Assembly (NCBI GenBank): GCA_903832075.1
Contig: CAILAF010000511.1
Coordinates: 1-38,570, forward strand
From: an uncultured Chitinophagaceae bacterium
Lineage (GTDB): Bacteria; Bacteroidota; Bacteroidia; Chitinophagales; Chitinophagaceae
DNA length: 38,570 nt
Reading direction: 5' to 3'
Shown: piece after piece, positions 1 to 8,175 of the stretch
How the letters are laid out: the number at the start of each line of letters is the position of its first letter
Position numbering within the stretch: position 1 is the first letter of the stretch
Notes under the pieces: model-generated
The model's database searches: none
What the model was told of the DNA's origin: nothing
Seen by the model: only the letters and a program-made list of their open reading frames with translations
Translations under genes and position numbers: made by a program

Positions 1-982
1 CACGCGGATCATAATATTTTTTATTTGGTTTATCTGCTCCTTCTGGATTTCCTAATTGTCCTTGTAAATAACCTTCATTCTTTTTATAGAATTGTTGAAT
101 ACCTTCCCAAAAAGCCCATTGCATATCAGTATCAATATTCATTTTAATAGCGCCATAACTGATGGCTTCACGAATTTGATTCTGTGGAGAACCGCTTCCA
201 CCATGGAATACAAAGTAAACAGGTTTTTGTTTAGTGTGTAATTCTTTTTCAATATAATCCTGACTGTTCTTTAAAATCTCTGGTTTTAATTCAACATTAC
301 CCGGCTTATAAACGCCATGAACATTTCCAAATGCTGCAGCAATAGTAAATAAATTTCCAACTTTACTTAATTCGGTAAAAGAATAAGCAACATGTTGCGG
401 CTGCGTGTATAATTTATCATTTTCTACACCACTATTATCAACTCCATCTTCTTCACCACCGGTAACACCTAATTCAATTTCAATACTCATTCCTAATGGT
501 GCCATTCGTTTATAAAATTCAACAGAAGTATGAATGTTTTCTTCGATTGGTTCTTCAGATAAATCCAACATGTGAGAACTGAATAATGGTTGGCCTTTTT
601 CTTTATAAAATTGTTCTCCTGCATCAATCAATCCGCTAACCCATGGCAACCATTTTTTTGCAGCATGATCGGTATGCAATACAACTGGCACTCCATAAGC
701 TTTTGCAACATTATGAATATGCAATGCACCCGAAATTCCACCTAAAATATTTCCTTGCAAATGATCATTAGGCATTCCTTTACCTGCAATGAATTGTGCA
801 CCGCCATTAGAAAATTGTATGATAACAGGCGAATTAACTTTTGCTGCAGTTTCTAAAACTGCATTTATTGTATTACTTCCAATTGTATTAACAGCGGGTA
901 GTGCAAATTGATTTTCTTTAGCATCATTATATAATGCTTCCAATTCTTTACCAAATAAAACACCGGCTCTGTATTTTGACAT
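1..982 (-). CDS. fbaA: Class II fructose-bisphosphate aldolase (3' end runs off the window)
   Basis: Not in the ORF track. Manual translation from ATG at 982 gives MSKYRAGVLFGKELEALYNDAKENQFALPAVN...SPVIIQFSNGG, plus the motifs VVLHTDHAAK, SSHMLDLSEE, IELGVTGGEEDGV, FGNVHGVYKPG and FVFHGGSGS. Confidence 0.95.
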   Translation of the reverse strand, partial: MSKYRAGVLFGKELEALYNDAKENQFALPAVNTIGSNTINAVLETAAKVNSPVIIQFSNGGAQFIAGKGMPNDHLQGNILGGISGALHIHNVAKAYGVPVVLHTDHAAKKWLPWVSGLIDAGEQFYKEKGQPLFSSHMLDLSEEPIEENIHTSVEFYKRMAPLGMSIEIELGVTGGEEDGVDNSGVENDKLYTQPQHVAYSFTELSKVGNLFTIAAAFGNVHGVYKPGNVELKPEILKNSQDYIEKELHTKQKPVYFVFHGGSGSPQNQIREAISYGAIKMNIDTDMQWAFWEGIQQFYKKNEGYLQGQLGNPEGADKPNKKYYDPR

Positions 983-1109
983 ATACTTTTTTTGAGGCAG
1001 CAATATACAATGCTATCTCACAAACGATTGTTAGCTTTTTGTATAAGTTATTCAGATAGATTTTACATATTGAAGTATCTTTCAATTATAAAATCACCAT
1101 TTTATAAAT

Positions 1110-2300
1110 ATGGATACATTAATTGAGCGGTTAAAACAATTTAATGCAGACCGCGATCCAAAATACTTGCCATTGAAATATAATGCTATGGCACAAAGTG
1201 CATTTAGATTTTTTAGAGGAAGCTGTCACTTATTTTATGAAGATTTTGTAAAAGAATTAAAATGGAAAGATGAAAGCAGGGCATGGGTTTGCGGCGATCT
1301 CCATTTAGAAAATTTTGGAACTTTTAAAGGAGATAATGGTTTAGTATATTTTGATATGAATGATTTTGATGAAGCTATTTTGGCACCTGCCACTTGGGAA
1401 ATTGCAAGAACAGTAACAAGTATTTATCTGGCTGCTGTTAATTTAAAATTATCTGATACCAAAACAAATACACTCGCTAATAATTTTTTAGATACTTATA
1501 TTTCTGTTTTGCAAAAAGGAAAAGCAATTGTAATAGAAAGACCTACTGCAAAAGATATTTTAAAAAATTTGATTGATCAGGTAAGTAAAAGAACCAATAA
1601 AGTTTTAATAAAAGAAAGAACAATAATTAAAAAAGGAAAAATTCAATTAAAAATTGATAATAAACGTGCGTTTGCGTTAAGTGATGAGAATAAAAAATCA
1701 GTCAAACAATTTTTTGAAGAATGGGCAAAGAAACATCATCCAAAAAAATATACATTTATTGATGCGGCATATAGAATTGCAGGAACCGGCAGCATTGGTT
1801 TATTGCGTTATGTAATGTTATTGCAAAAAAGAAAAGATCAATCTTTTGTTTTGATAGATATGAAGCAGGCAAAAACATCTTGCTTAAAACCTTATAGTAA
1901 ACTAAAACAAACAAAATGGAATAATGAAGCAGAAAGGGTAGTGGGCATTCAAAAAATGGTGCAGCATGTTTCTCCTGCATTTATAAAACCTTTTTTGTTT
2001 GAACAAAAATATTTTGTGTTAAAACAATTACAACCAACAGCCGATAAAATGGATTTGAATTTATGCAAAGGAAAATTAAATAAATTAGAAATCATTTTGC
2101 AAACGATGGCAGAAGTTGCTGCATCAGGACAATTAAGAAGTTCGGGAAGAAAAAATTCTTCAACTGCCGATGAGTTAATTGAAATGGCAATTAATCATAA
2201 AAAATGGAGAAACGAATTATTATCATTTGCAAAAAATTATTCTCAAAAAGTTGAGAAAGATTATCAAATATTTTTAAAAAATTCCAAAGCGTTAAATTAA
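1110..2300 (+). CDS. DUF2252 family protein (kinase-like fold)
   Basis: Motifs SAFRFFRGSCHLFY, WVCGDLHLENFG, FDMNDFDEA and RIAGTGSIGLLRY are typical of DUF2252. Confidence 0.85.
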   Translation: MDTLIERLKQFNADRDPKYLPLKYNAMAQSAFRFFRGSCHLFYEDFVKELKWKDESRAWVCGDLHLENFGTFKGDNGLVYFDMNDFDEAILAPATWEIARTVTSIYLAAVNLKLSDTKTNTLANNFLDTYISVLQKGKAIVIERPTAKDILKNLIDQVSKRTNKVLIKERTIIKKGKIQLKIDNKRAFALSDENKKSVKQFFEEWAKKHHPKKYTFIDAAYRIAGTGSIGLLRYVMLLQKRKDQSFVLIDMKQAKTSCLKPYSKLKQTKWNNEAERVVGIQKMVQHVSPAFIKPFLFEQKYFVLKQLQPTADKMDLNLCKGKLNKLEIILQTMAEVAASGQLRSSGRKNSSTADELIEMAINHKKWRNELLSFAKNYSQKVEKDYQIFLKNSKALN

Positions 2301-2305
2301 TAAAA

Positions 2306-3664
2306 CTATTTCGCCAAACTTTGAATTACATCATATTTGGTAACAATATGGTAATCGCCTTTTTCATCTTTTGCTAAAACCGCACCATTCTCTTTATTAA
2401 TTAAACTGCCAATTTTTTCAACAGGCGTTAAATAATCAACAACCGGAAATTCACGCTCCATCACACTTTCAACAGTTGCATTTTTTATTTCAGGATTATT
2501 AAATACTTTTTGGAATAAACCATTTTCGCTAACCGCACCAATGATTTCATTTTCTTTCATTACAGGAATTTGTTCAATATCATATTTCTTCATTAATCCA
2601 ACAGCATCTGCAACTGTTTGAGAAGTTTTTACAGTTACTAATTTTTTTCCTGCTCTGCCGCTAACAATATCTTTAAATGTTTTTACATCTAAGAATCCGC
2701 GTTCCATCATCCATTGATCGTTATAAATTTTCCCAACATAACGACTTCCGTGATCATGAAATATTGCAACAACCAAATCATCTTTTTTTAATTTATTTTT
2801 CAATTGCATCAAACCCTGCAAGCAACTGCCAGCACTGTATCCGCAAAACAATCCTTCTTCTTTTGCAATTCGCCTTGCCATCACTGCGCCATCTTTATCT
2901 GTTACTTGTTCAAAGAGATCAATCACACTCATATCATAATTCTTCGGAACAAAATCTTCACCAAATCCTTCGCTGATATAAGGATGCACTTCATTCATAT
3001 CAATCTCACCGGTATTAAAATATTTTGTCAGCAATGAGCCATATACATCAATCGCCCATATTTGTATATTCGGATTTTTTTCTTTCAAATACATGGCAGT
3101 GCCAGTAATAGTTCCACCGGTACCGGCAGTGCAAACTAAATGAGTAATTTTTCCATCTGTTTGATTCCAAATTTCAGGCCCGGTAGTTTCATAATGCGCT
3201 AATCTATTCGCCAAGTTATCATATTGATTCATGTGAAAAGAATTCGGCACTTCCAATGCCAAACGTTTTGCAACACTATAATAACTCATTGGATCTTCAG
3301 GTAAAACATTTGTTGGGCAAACAATAACTTCTGCACCAACTGCTTTTAAAATATCTGCTTTCTCTTTCGATTGTTTATCGGTTGTAACAAAAATGCATTT
3401 ATATCCCTTAACGCAGGCAGCCAAAGCCAAACCCATACCGGTATTGCCGCTGGTGCATTCAATAATTGTTCCGCCGGGTTTTAATTTACCTTCCTGTTCA
3501 GCAACTTCCACCATTTTCAATGCCATTCTATCTTTAATTGAATTACCTGGGTTGAAATAATCAACCTTTGCTAAAACAGTGCAAGGAAAATCTTTAGTGA
3601 TCTTATTTAATTTAATTAACGGAGTATTACCAATTGTTTCGAGAATGTTATTCTTAATATCCAT
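2306..3664 (-). CDS. Cystathionine beta-synthase-like PLP enzyme with C-terminal CBS domains
   Basis: IGNTPL, NPGNSIKDR (PLP lysine), TSGNTG and GTGGT motifs, followed by a ~120-aa CBS pair. Confidence 0.9.
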   Translation of the reverse strand: MDIKNNILETIGNTPLIKLNKITKDFPCTVLAKVDYFNPGNSIKDRMALKMVEVAEQEGKLKPGGTIIECTSGNTGMGLALAACVKGYKCIFVTTDKQSKEKADILKAVGAEVIVCPTNVLPEDPMSYYSVAKRLALEVPNSFHMNQYDNLANRLAHYETTGPEIWNQTDGKITHLVCTAGTGGTITGTAMYLKEKNPNIQIWAIDVYGSLLTKYFNTGEIDMNEVHPYISEGFGEDFVPKNYDMSVIDLFEQVTDKDGAVMARRIAKEEGLFCGYSAGSCLQGLMQLKNKLKKDDLVVAIFHDHGSRYVGKIYNDQWMMERGFLDVKTFKDIVSGRAGKKLVTVKTSQTVADAVGLMKKYDIEQIPVMKENEIIGAVSENGLFQKVFNNPEIKNATVESVMEREFPVVDYLTPVEKIGSLINKENGAVLAKDEKGDYHIVTKYDVIQSLAK

Positions 3665-3681
3665 GCAAAAAATAATTTCTG

Positions 3682-3689
3682 CAAATGTA
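3682..3689 (-). promoter_or_regulatory. Bacteroidota sigma-A -7 element for the CBS gene
   Basis: TACATTTG on the minus strand matches TAnnTTTG, 17 nt upstream of ATG 3664. Confidence 0.55.
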
Positions 3690-3738
3690 CATTTTTAAAA
3701 ATGCTAACAGTGGTTAGTTTGGAAAATATTGTGAGTGA

Positions 3739-4689
3739 TTATGCTTTAAAACTCTCAACAATTTTGCCACAGAGATTTGATTCTACCATTTTCTCTGCGA
3801 TAAGAATCATATTTTTAAAAGCGATGGCGCTGCTTATTCCATGACCGATGATTACAGGTTTAGTTATTCCTAAAACAGGCGTACCACCATAAATTTCATA
3901 ATGAAAGCGGCTAAATAATTCGTCGTGATGAAAATTTCTTTGCTCTGCGGCATCATAAATACTTTCTGCCATTTTTAAAATGACGTTACCTGTAAAACCA
4001 TCACAAACAAATACATCGGCTTTATCGTTAAACAAATCTCTTCCTTCAACATTTCCAATAAAATTGATTTGCTTATTTTCTTTTAACAAAGGATAAGTTG
4101 CTTGCGATAAAATATTTCCTTTGCCTTCTTCTTCTCCAACATTGATCAATCCAACTTTTGGGTGATCAGTATTTAAAATATTTTGTGAGTATAAACTTCC
4201 AAGTATTGCAAATTGATTTAGTTGTTCGGGTTTACAATCTACATTCAATCCGGCATCTAATATCAATCCGGTACCACCATTAATTTTTGGAAGAACAGTA
4301 GCAATAGTTGGTCTAAGAATTCCTTCGATAGTTTTTATACTGAACATAGCGCCAACCAGCATGGCACCTGTGTTTCCGGCACTGATGAATGCATCAATTT
4401 TTCCTGTTGCCAATAAGTGAAACCCAATTGCAATAGAACTGCGTTGTTTTTCTTTAAATGCTTTTGTAGGATGTTCGTTATAACCAATTACTTCGGGAGC
4501 ATGAACTAATTGAACTGATGGTGACAAATTATATTCATCTAATAATGGCTTTAATTTTTCTTCATCACCAATGCAAAATATAATTGCCGTACCAGAATGT
4601 TGGTTGATGAATAATTGTAAACCTTTCACCGCTTCTAACGGTGCAAAGTCTCCACCCATCATGTCAAGTCCAATATTCATGTACGGCAT
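3739..4689 (-). CDS. plsX: Phosphate acyltransferase PlsX
   Basis: DMMGGDFAP, SAGNTGA and VCDGFTGNV motifs; directly downstream of rpmF. Start may be the ATG at 4680. Confidence 0.95.
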   Translation of the reverse strand: MPYMNIGLDMMGGDFAPLEAVKGLQLFINQHSGTAIIFCIGDEEKLKPLLDEYNLSPSVQLVHAPEVIGYNEHPTKAFKEKQRSSIAIGFHLLATGKIDAFISAGNTGAMLVGAMFSIKTIEGILRPTIATVLPKINGGTGLILDAGLNVDCKPEQLNQFAILGSLYSQNILNTDHPKVGLINVGEEEGKGNILSQATYPLLKENKQINFIGNVEGRDLFNDKADVFVCDGFTGNVILKMAESIYDAAEQRNFHHDELFSRFHYEIYGGTPVLGITKPVIIGHGISSAIAFKNMILIAEKMVESNLCGKIVESFKA

Positions 4690-4692
4690 TTA

Positions 4693-4768
4693 AAGTATTA
4701 GGTTGTAAGTTATAGGTTTTAAGTTAATTAATAAACTTATCACTTATCACTTAAAACATATAACTCTT
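4693..4768. repeat. Inverted array of imperfect 7-bp repeats between rpmF and plsX
   Basis: aagtatt-aggttgt-aagttat-aggtttt-aagttaa, a 6-nt spacer, then aacttat-cacttat-cacttaa-aacatat-aactctt. Confidence 0.8.
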
Positions 4769-4961
4769 AAGCTTTTAAAGGTGCTTTCTCAGCAACCAAT
4801 TTTCCTTTATAGTACAATTTACCTTCACTTACATGTGCACGATGGCGAACATGTGTTTCACCGGTTGTTGTGTCTTTAGTTAAAGTAACTTCTTCAGCTT
4901 TATAATGTGTTCTTCTTTTTGCACTTCTTTGCTGAGAGTGTCTTCGTTTTGGATTAGGCAT
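4767..4961 (-). CDS. rpmF: 50S ribosomal protein L32
   Basis: MPNPKRRHSQQRSAKRRTHYK...RHRAH...YYKGK; yceD-rpmF-plsX synteny. Confidence 0.97.
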   Translation of the reverse strand: MPNPKRRHSQQRSAKRRTHYKAEEVTLTKDTTTGETHVRHRAHVSEGKLYYKGKLVAEKAPLKA

Positions 4962-4988
4962 AACTCGAAATTTATAATATCAAAAAAA

Positions 4989-5531
4989 TTATTCTAAATC
5001 TTTAAATTTTTCTAATCCTTGCCATAAAGGATTAGAATCTTTTTTTACCGCTGCTTCCATCTTTCTTAATTTCTCTATCACTTCCTGATTGCAAAGTGAT
5101 TTTCCTTTTGCATCTTCCCCGCAAACATTTTGCATGGGAATACTTAAGTTGATGAATTCGTATAACCAATCTGCTACATGTAAATGACTTTCACCACGAC
5201 TGATATAATAAATATCAGGATCTTCTTCCTGATTATTCATTTCATCCGGATTGTCAACCATTTTTACGATGAGATTGAATTCTTCCCATAATTGTTTTGT
5301 AAGTGGATTCCCACATCTATCGCAATTCACACTCACTTGTCCGTCAATATCAAAACGCAATTGCATGAATGCGTTTTTTTTATCCAAACTCAATTTCACA
5401 TTTGCCAAACAATTACTGAAATCCTGCTCTCCGTAATGTGTAAAGAACTTATCTTCAAGCCTGTATTCGTAAACATGAATGCCCGGTTTTAAACCTACGA
5501 ACGCTATTTCAAATTCCCTGCGGTGGCTCAT
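4989..5531 (-). CDS. YceD/DUF177 family protein
   Basis: CDRC motif, YEFINLSIPM and C-terminal NPLWQGLEK; lies upstream of rpmF. Confidence 0.92.
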   Translation of the reverse strand: MSHRREFEIAFVGLKPGIHVYEYRLEDKFFTHYGEQDFSNCLANVKLSLDKKNAFMQLRFDIDGQVSVNCDRCGNPLTKQLWEEFNLIVKMVDNPDEMNNQEEDPDIYYISRGESHLHVADWLYEFINLSIPMQNVCGEDAKGKSLCNQEVIEKLRKMEAAVKKDSNPLWQGLEKFKDLE

Positions 5532-5551
5532 GTCTCAATTTTTAGGGTGGG

Positions 5552-5559
5552 CAAAGGTA
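5552..5559 (-). promoter_or_regulatory. Bacteroidota sigma-A -7 element for yceD-rpmF-plsX
   Basis: TACCTTTG on the minus strand, 20 nt upstream of ATG 5531. Confidence 0.6.
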
Positions 5560-5627
5560 CAACAGTAAGATGTAATAGCAAAGAGAAAATTGGTTTATTC
5601 GGGTTGCTGGTTTATTTATATCTAATT

Positions 5628-6758
5628 ATGTTACAAAAGAACGATAAAAGACAATATCAGTGGGCTTTTTGGCTAAAATGGATCATTCCTGCTTTGCTAA
5701 TTTTAGCTATTGAATGGATGAGTTTTTCACCAATGTGGATAGAAAAAAATTACAGCACAAGCGGATATATTATTATTTCTCGTGTTTTGAGGACATTGAT
5801 TGGTTGGATGAATTTTAGTTTGGGTGACATTATTTATGTATTTGTAACTGCATTTTTACTTTGGAAATCAATTAAATTATTGATAGGTGTATTTAAAGAA
5901 AAATGGAATTGGAAAAGATTTGGTAAACGATGTTTAAAGTTGATATATGGTTTGATTTGGATTTATATTGTATTCAATTTTTTATGGGGATTAAATTATG
6001 ATCGCGCAGGGATCGAATATCAATTACAATTAAATAAACAAACTTATTGTAAAGAAGATATGGTTGTATTAACTAATCAACTTATTGATAAAGTAAATGA
6101 ATACCGAAGACAAATAAAAGATTCAACGCTGCCTAATGAACCATTCGAAAAAATATTTAATGAAGCAAATAACAGTTATCAAACAATATCCAAAGAATAT
6201 CCATTTCTCAAATATCAAAATCGTTCTGTTAAAAGAAGTGTATTCAGTTCTTTTGGAAATTATTTCGGGTTCACCGGATATTATAATCCGTTTTCAGGCG
6301 AAGCACAAATTAGAAGTGATATTCCGCGAATTTTAATTCCATATATCACTTGCCATGAAATGGCACATCAATTGGGATATGCCAGTGAAAGCGAAGCTAA
6401 CTTTGTTGGCTATTTGGCGGCATCATCATCAAAAGATGTTTATTTTCTTTATTCAGTTTATCTTGATTTGTTTTCTTATGCACAAAGTGAAGAAATAAAA
6501 CAATATTTTTTAGACAGAGATATTGCCGGATTAAAAAATATTATTCTTCAAAACAGAAAAAATTTAGATAGTTTGGTAAGAAAGGACAGAAGAGAAATAC
6601 GAGAATTCTTTTTTAAAAGAGAGAATAGAATTTCGCCGATGGTGATGGATGTTTATGGGCAATATTTAAAAATGAATAAACAATTAGCAGGTATTGATAG
6701 TTATAATGAAGTAATTGGTTGGTTATTAGCGTATCAAAAAAAGTATGGGAAGTTATAA
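5628..6758 (+). CDS. DUF3810 membrane protein with HExxH zincin motif
   Basis: N-terminal TM helices, WGLNYDR, GYYNPFSGEAQ and CHEMAHQLGYASESEANF. Start moved to ATG 5628 because the track start (5523) overlaps yceD and its promoter. Confidence 0.85.
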   Translation: MLQKNDKRQYQWAFWLKWIIPALLILAIEWMSFSPMWIEKNYSTSGYIIISRVLRTLIGWMNFSLGDIIYVFVTAFLLWKSIKLLIGVFKEKWNWKRFGKRCLKLIYGLIWIYIVFNFLWGLNYDRAGIEYQLQLNKQTYCKEDMVVLTNQLIDKVNEYRRQIKDSTLPNEPFEKIFNEANNSYQTISKEYPFLKYQNRSVKRSVFSSFGNYFGFTGYYNPFSGEAQIRSDIPRILIPYITCHEMAHQLGYASESEANFVGYLAASSSKDVYFLYSVYLDLFSYAQSEEIKQYFLDRDIAGLKNIILQNRKNLDSLVRKDRREIREFFFKRENRISPMVMDVYGQYLKMNKQLAGIDSYNEVIGWLLAYQKKYGKL

Positions 6759-6814
6759 GAAGTAAGTTTTAAGTTGAAAACATTTTAACTTATTAACTAC
6801 AACTTAAAACTTAT
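6750..6814. repeat. Inverted array of imperfect 7-bp repeats spanning the convergent stops of DUF3810 and dcd
   Basis: aagttat-aagaagt-aagtttt-aagttga ... aacttat-taactac-aacttaa-aacttat; same unit as 4693-4768. Confidence 0.7.
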
Positions 6815-7340
6815 TCTTCCACATCATACTTTCAACAGGTTTATTTGGTTGACCGCTATATTTTGCATTTTTCTTTTGATTATATTTTATTTCAATTTCA
6901 CCATCAACAGGAAAATAAATCAATTGTCCAATCGGCATTCCTTTATAAATACGAACAGGTTGTTTAACAGAAATTTCTAAGGTCCAATTACCACAAAAAC
7001 CAACATCGCCTTTTCCGGCAGTCGCATGAATGTCAATGCCCAAGCGGCCTGTAGAAGATTTGCCTTCCAAAAATGGAACATGCGCATGTGTTTCGGTGTA
7101 TTCTAAAGTAACACCTAAATAAAATTCATGAGGCAATAAAACAAAACCTTCATCTGGTATTTCGAATGATTCAATTTTATTATGGTTTTTGGCATCTAAT
7201 ACTGCATCAACATATTTTGCCAATGTACTTCCCAAATGCACATCATAACTGTTACTACCCAAATCTTCTCGATTGTATGGAATAATTTTTATTGTTCCTT
7301 TTGCTATTTCTTCTAAAATCCTTTTATCAGTTAATATCAT
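6804..7340 (-). CDS. dcd: dCTP deaminase
   Basis: MILTD, NSYDVHLG, EGKSSTGRLG, GDVGFCGNWTLE and KYSGQ motifs. Confidence 0.95.
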   Translation of the reverse strand: MILTDKRILEEIAKGTIKIIPYNREDLGSNSYDVHLGSTLAKYVDAVLDAKNHNKIESFEIPDEGFVLLPHEFYLGVTLEYTETHAHVPFLEGKSSTGRLGIDIHATAGKGDVGFCGNWTLEISVKQPVRIYKGMPIGQLIYFPVDGEIEIKYNQKKNAKYSGQPNKPVESMMWKNKF

Positions 7341-7359
7341 TTTATTTTTTTGTTACAAG

Positions 7360-7424
7360 CTTTTGTATTTCATGGCATCGCCAGTTGCGTCGCACACTTC
7401 AACTTTTAAAATAAAAGTCAGCAA
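7360..7424. repeat. Dispersed ~65-bp repeat, copy 1
   Basis: cttttgtatttcatggcatcgccagttgcgtcgcacacttcaac...tcagcaa aligns with 19219-19284. Confidence 0.8.
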
Positions 7425-7437
7425 GAGTTTGCAATAT

Positions 7438-7472
7438 AAATCGTAAATCTGCAATCGTAAATCTTAAATCAC
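7438..7472 (+). repeat. Five imperfect 7-bp tandem repeats just before the PPTase start
   Basis: aaatcgt-aaatctg-caatcgt-aaatctt-aaatcac. Confidence 0.8.
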
Positions 7473-7473
7473 T

Positions 7474-8115
7474 TTGCCTTTATTTTATCAACATAATATT
7501 AACGACACTACTAAATTAGCTGTTTGGAAAATTGAAGAAGACGAAGATTTTTTTCTTAGTAAAGTTCCGTTACAAAAAACTATCACTCATCCGCATAAGC
7601 GGTTACAACATTTGGCAGCACGCTATTTGCTTCAATATTTATTTCCTGATTTTCCTTATGACGAAATGTTGATTGCCAATACTAATAAACCTTATTTACC
7701 TTACGAGCAATACCATTTTTCAATTTCACATTGTGGTAATTATGCTGCAGCAATTGTAAGCAGCACTGAAAGAGTTGGCATTGATATTGAAATTCCTAAA
7801 GAAGCAATTTTTAAAATTGTACATAAATTTTTGCACGATGAAGAATTAAAAATATTCAATATTGAATATTCAATATTGAATATTCAATCTCCGCAACTCC
7901 CGACTCTTCTTTGGTGTGCTAAAGAAGCCATGTACAAATGGTGGGGTTGGGGTGAAATTGATTTTAGTGAAATGTTTCGAATTAATTATTTTGATTTAAA
8001 GGAAGAAGGAATTATGCATACGAACTTTGTTAAAGATTCTATTAATCAATCTCTACTGCTTCATTATAAACAATTCGAAAATATTTCTTTAGTTTATGTA
8101 ACTACGCCATTATAG
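7474..8115 (+). CDS. 4'-phosphopantetheinyl transferase (Sfp-like)
   Basis: NKPYL, FSISHC, VGIDIE and WCAKEAMYK motifs; TTG start. Confidence 0.92.
   Translation: MPLFYQHNINDTTKLAVWKIEEDEDFFLSKVPLQKTITHPHKRLQHLAARYLLQYLFPDFPYDEMLIANTNKPYLPYEQYHFSISHCGNYAAAIVSSTERVGIDIEIPKEAIFKIVHKFLHDEELKIFNIEYSILNIQSPQLPTLLWCAKEAMYKWWGWGEIDFSEMFRINYFDLKEEGIMHTNFVKDSINQSLLLHYKQFENISLVYVTTPL
7851..7885. repeat. Intragenic (AATATT[C/G])x5 tandem repeat in the PPTase gene
   Basis: aatattc-aatattg-aatattc-aatattg-aatattc, encoding IFNIEYSILNIQ. Confidence 0.9.
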
Positions 8116-8118
8116 AAC

Positions 8119-8159
8119 TAATAAAAAAGGATTCAATTTTATTGAATCCTTTTTTATTA
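8119..8159. terminator. Bidirectional intrinsic terminator between the convergent PPTase and E2 genes
   Basis: Perfect 19-bp inverted repeat taataaaaaaggattcaat-ttt-attgaatccttttttatta, with A and T tracts on both sides. Confidence 0.9.
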
Positions 8160-8175
8160 AACATCCTTATTATAA

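Noticed and set aside
6804..7340. dCTP deaminase as a nucleotide-depletion defence gene
   Set aside because: It is the trimeric dUTPase-fold housekeeping Dcd, not the CDA-fold defence enzyme.
4693..7885. Short repeat tracts considered as a CRISPR array
   Set aside because: Units are 7 bp with no unique spacers, and there are no cas genes in the window.
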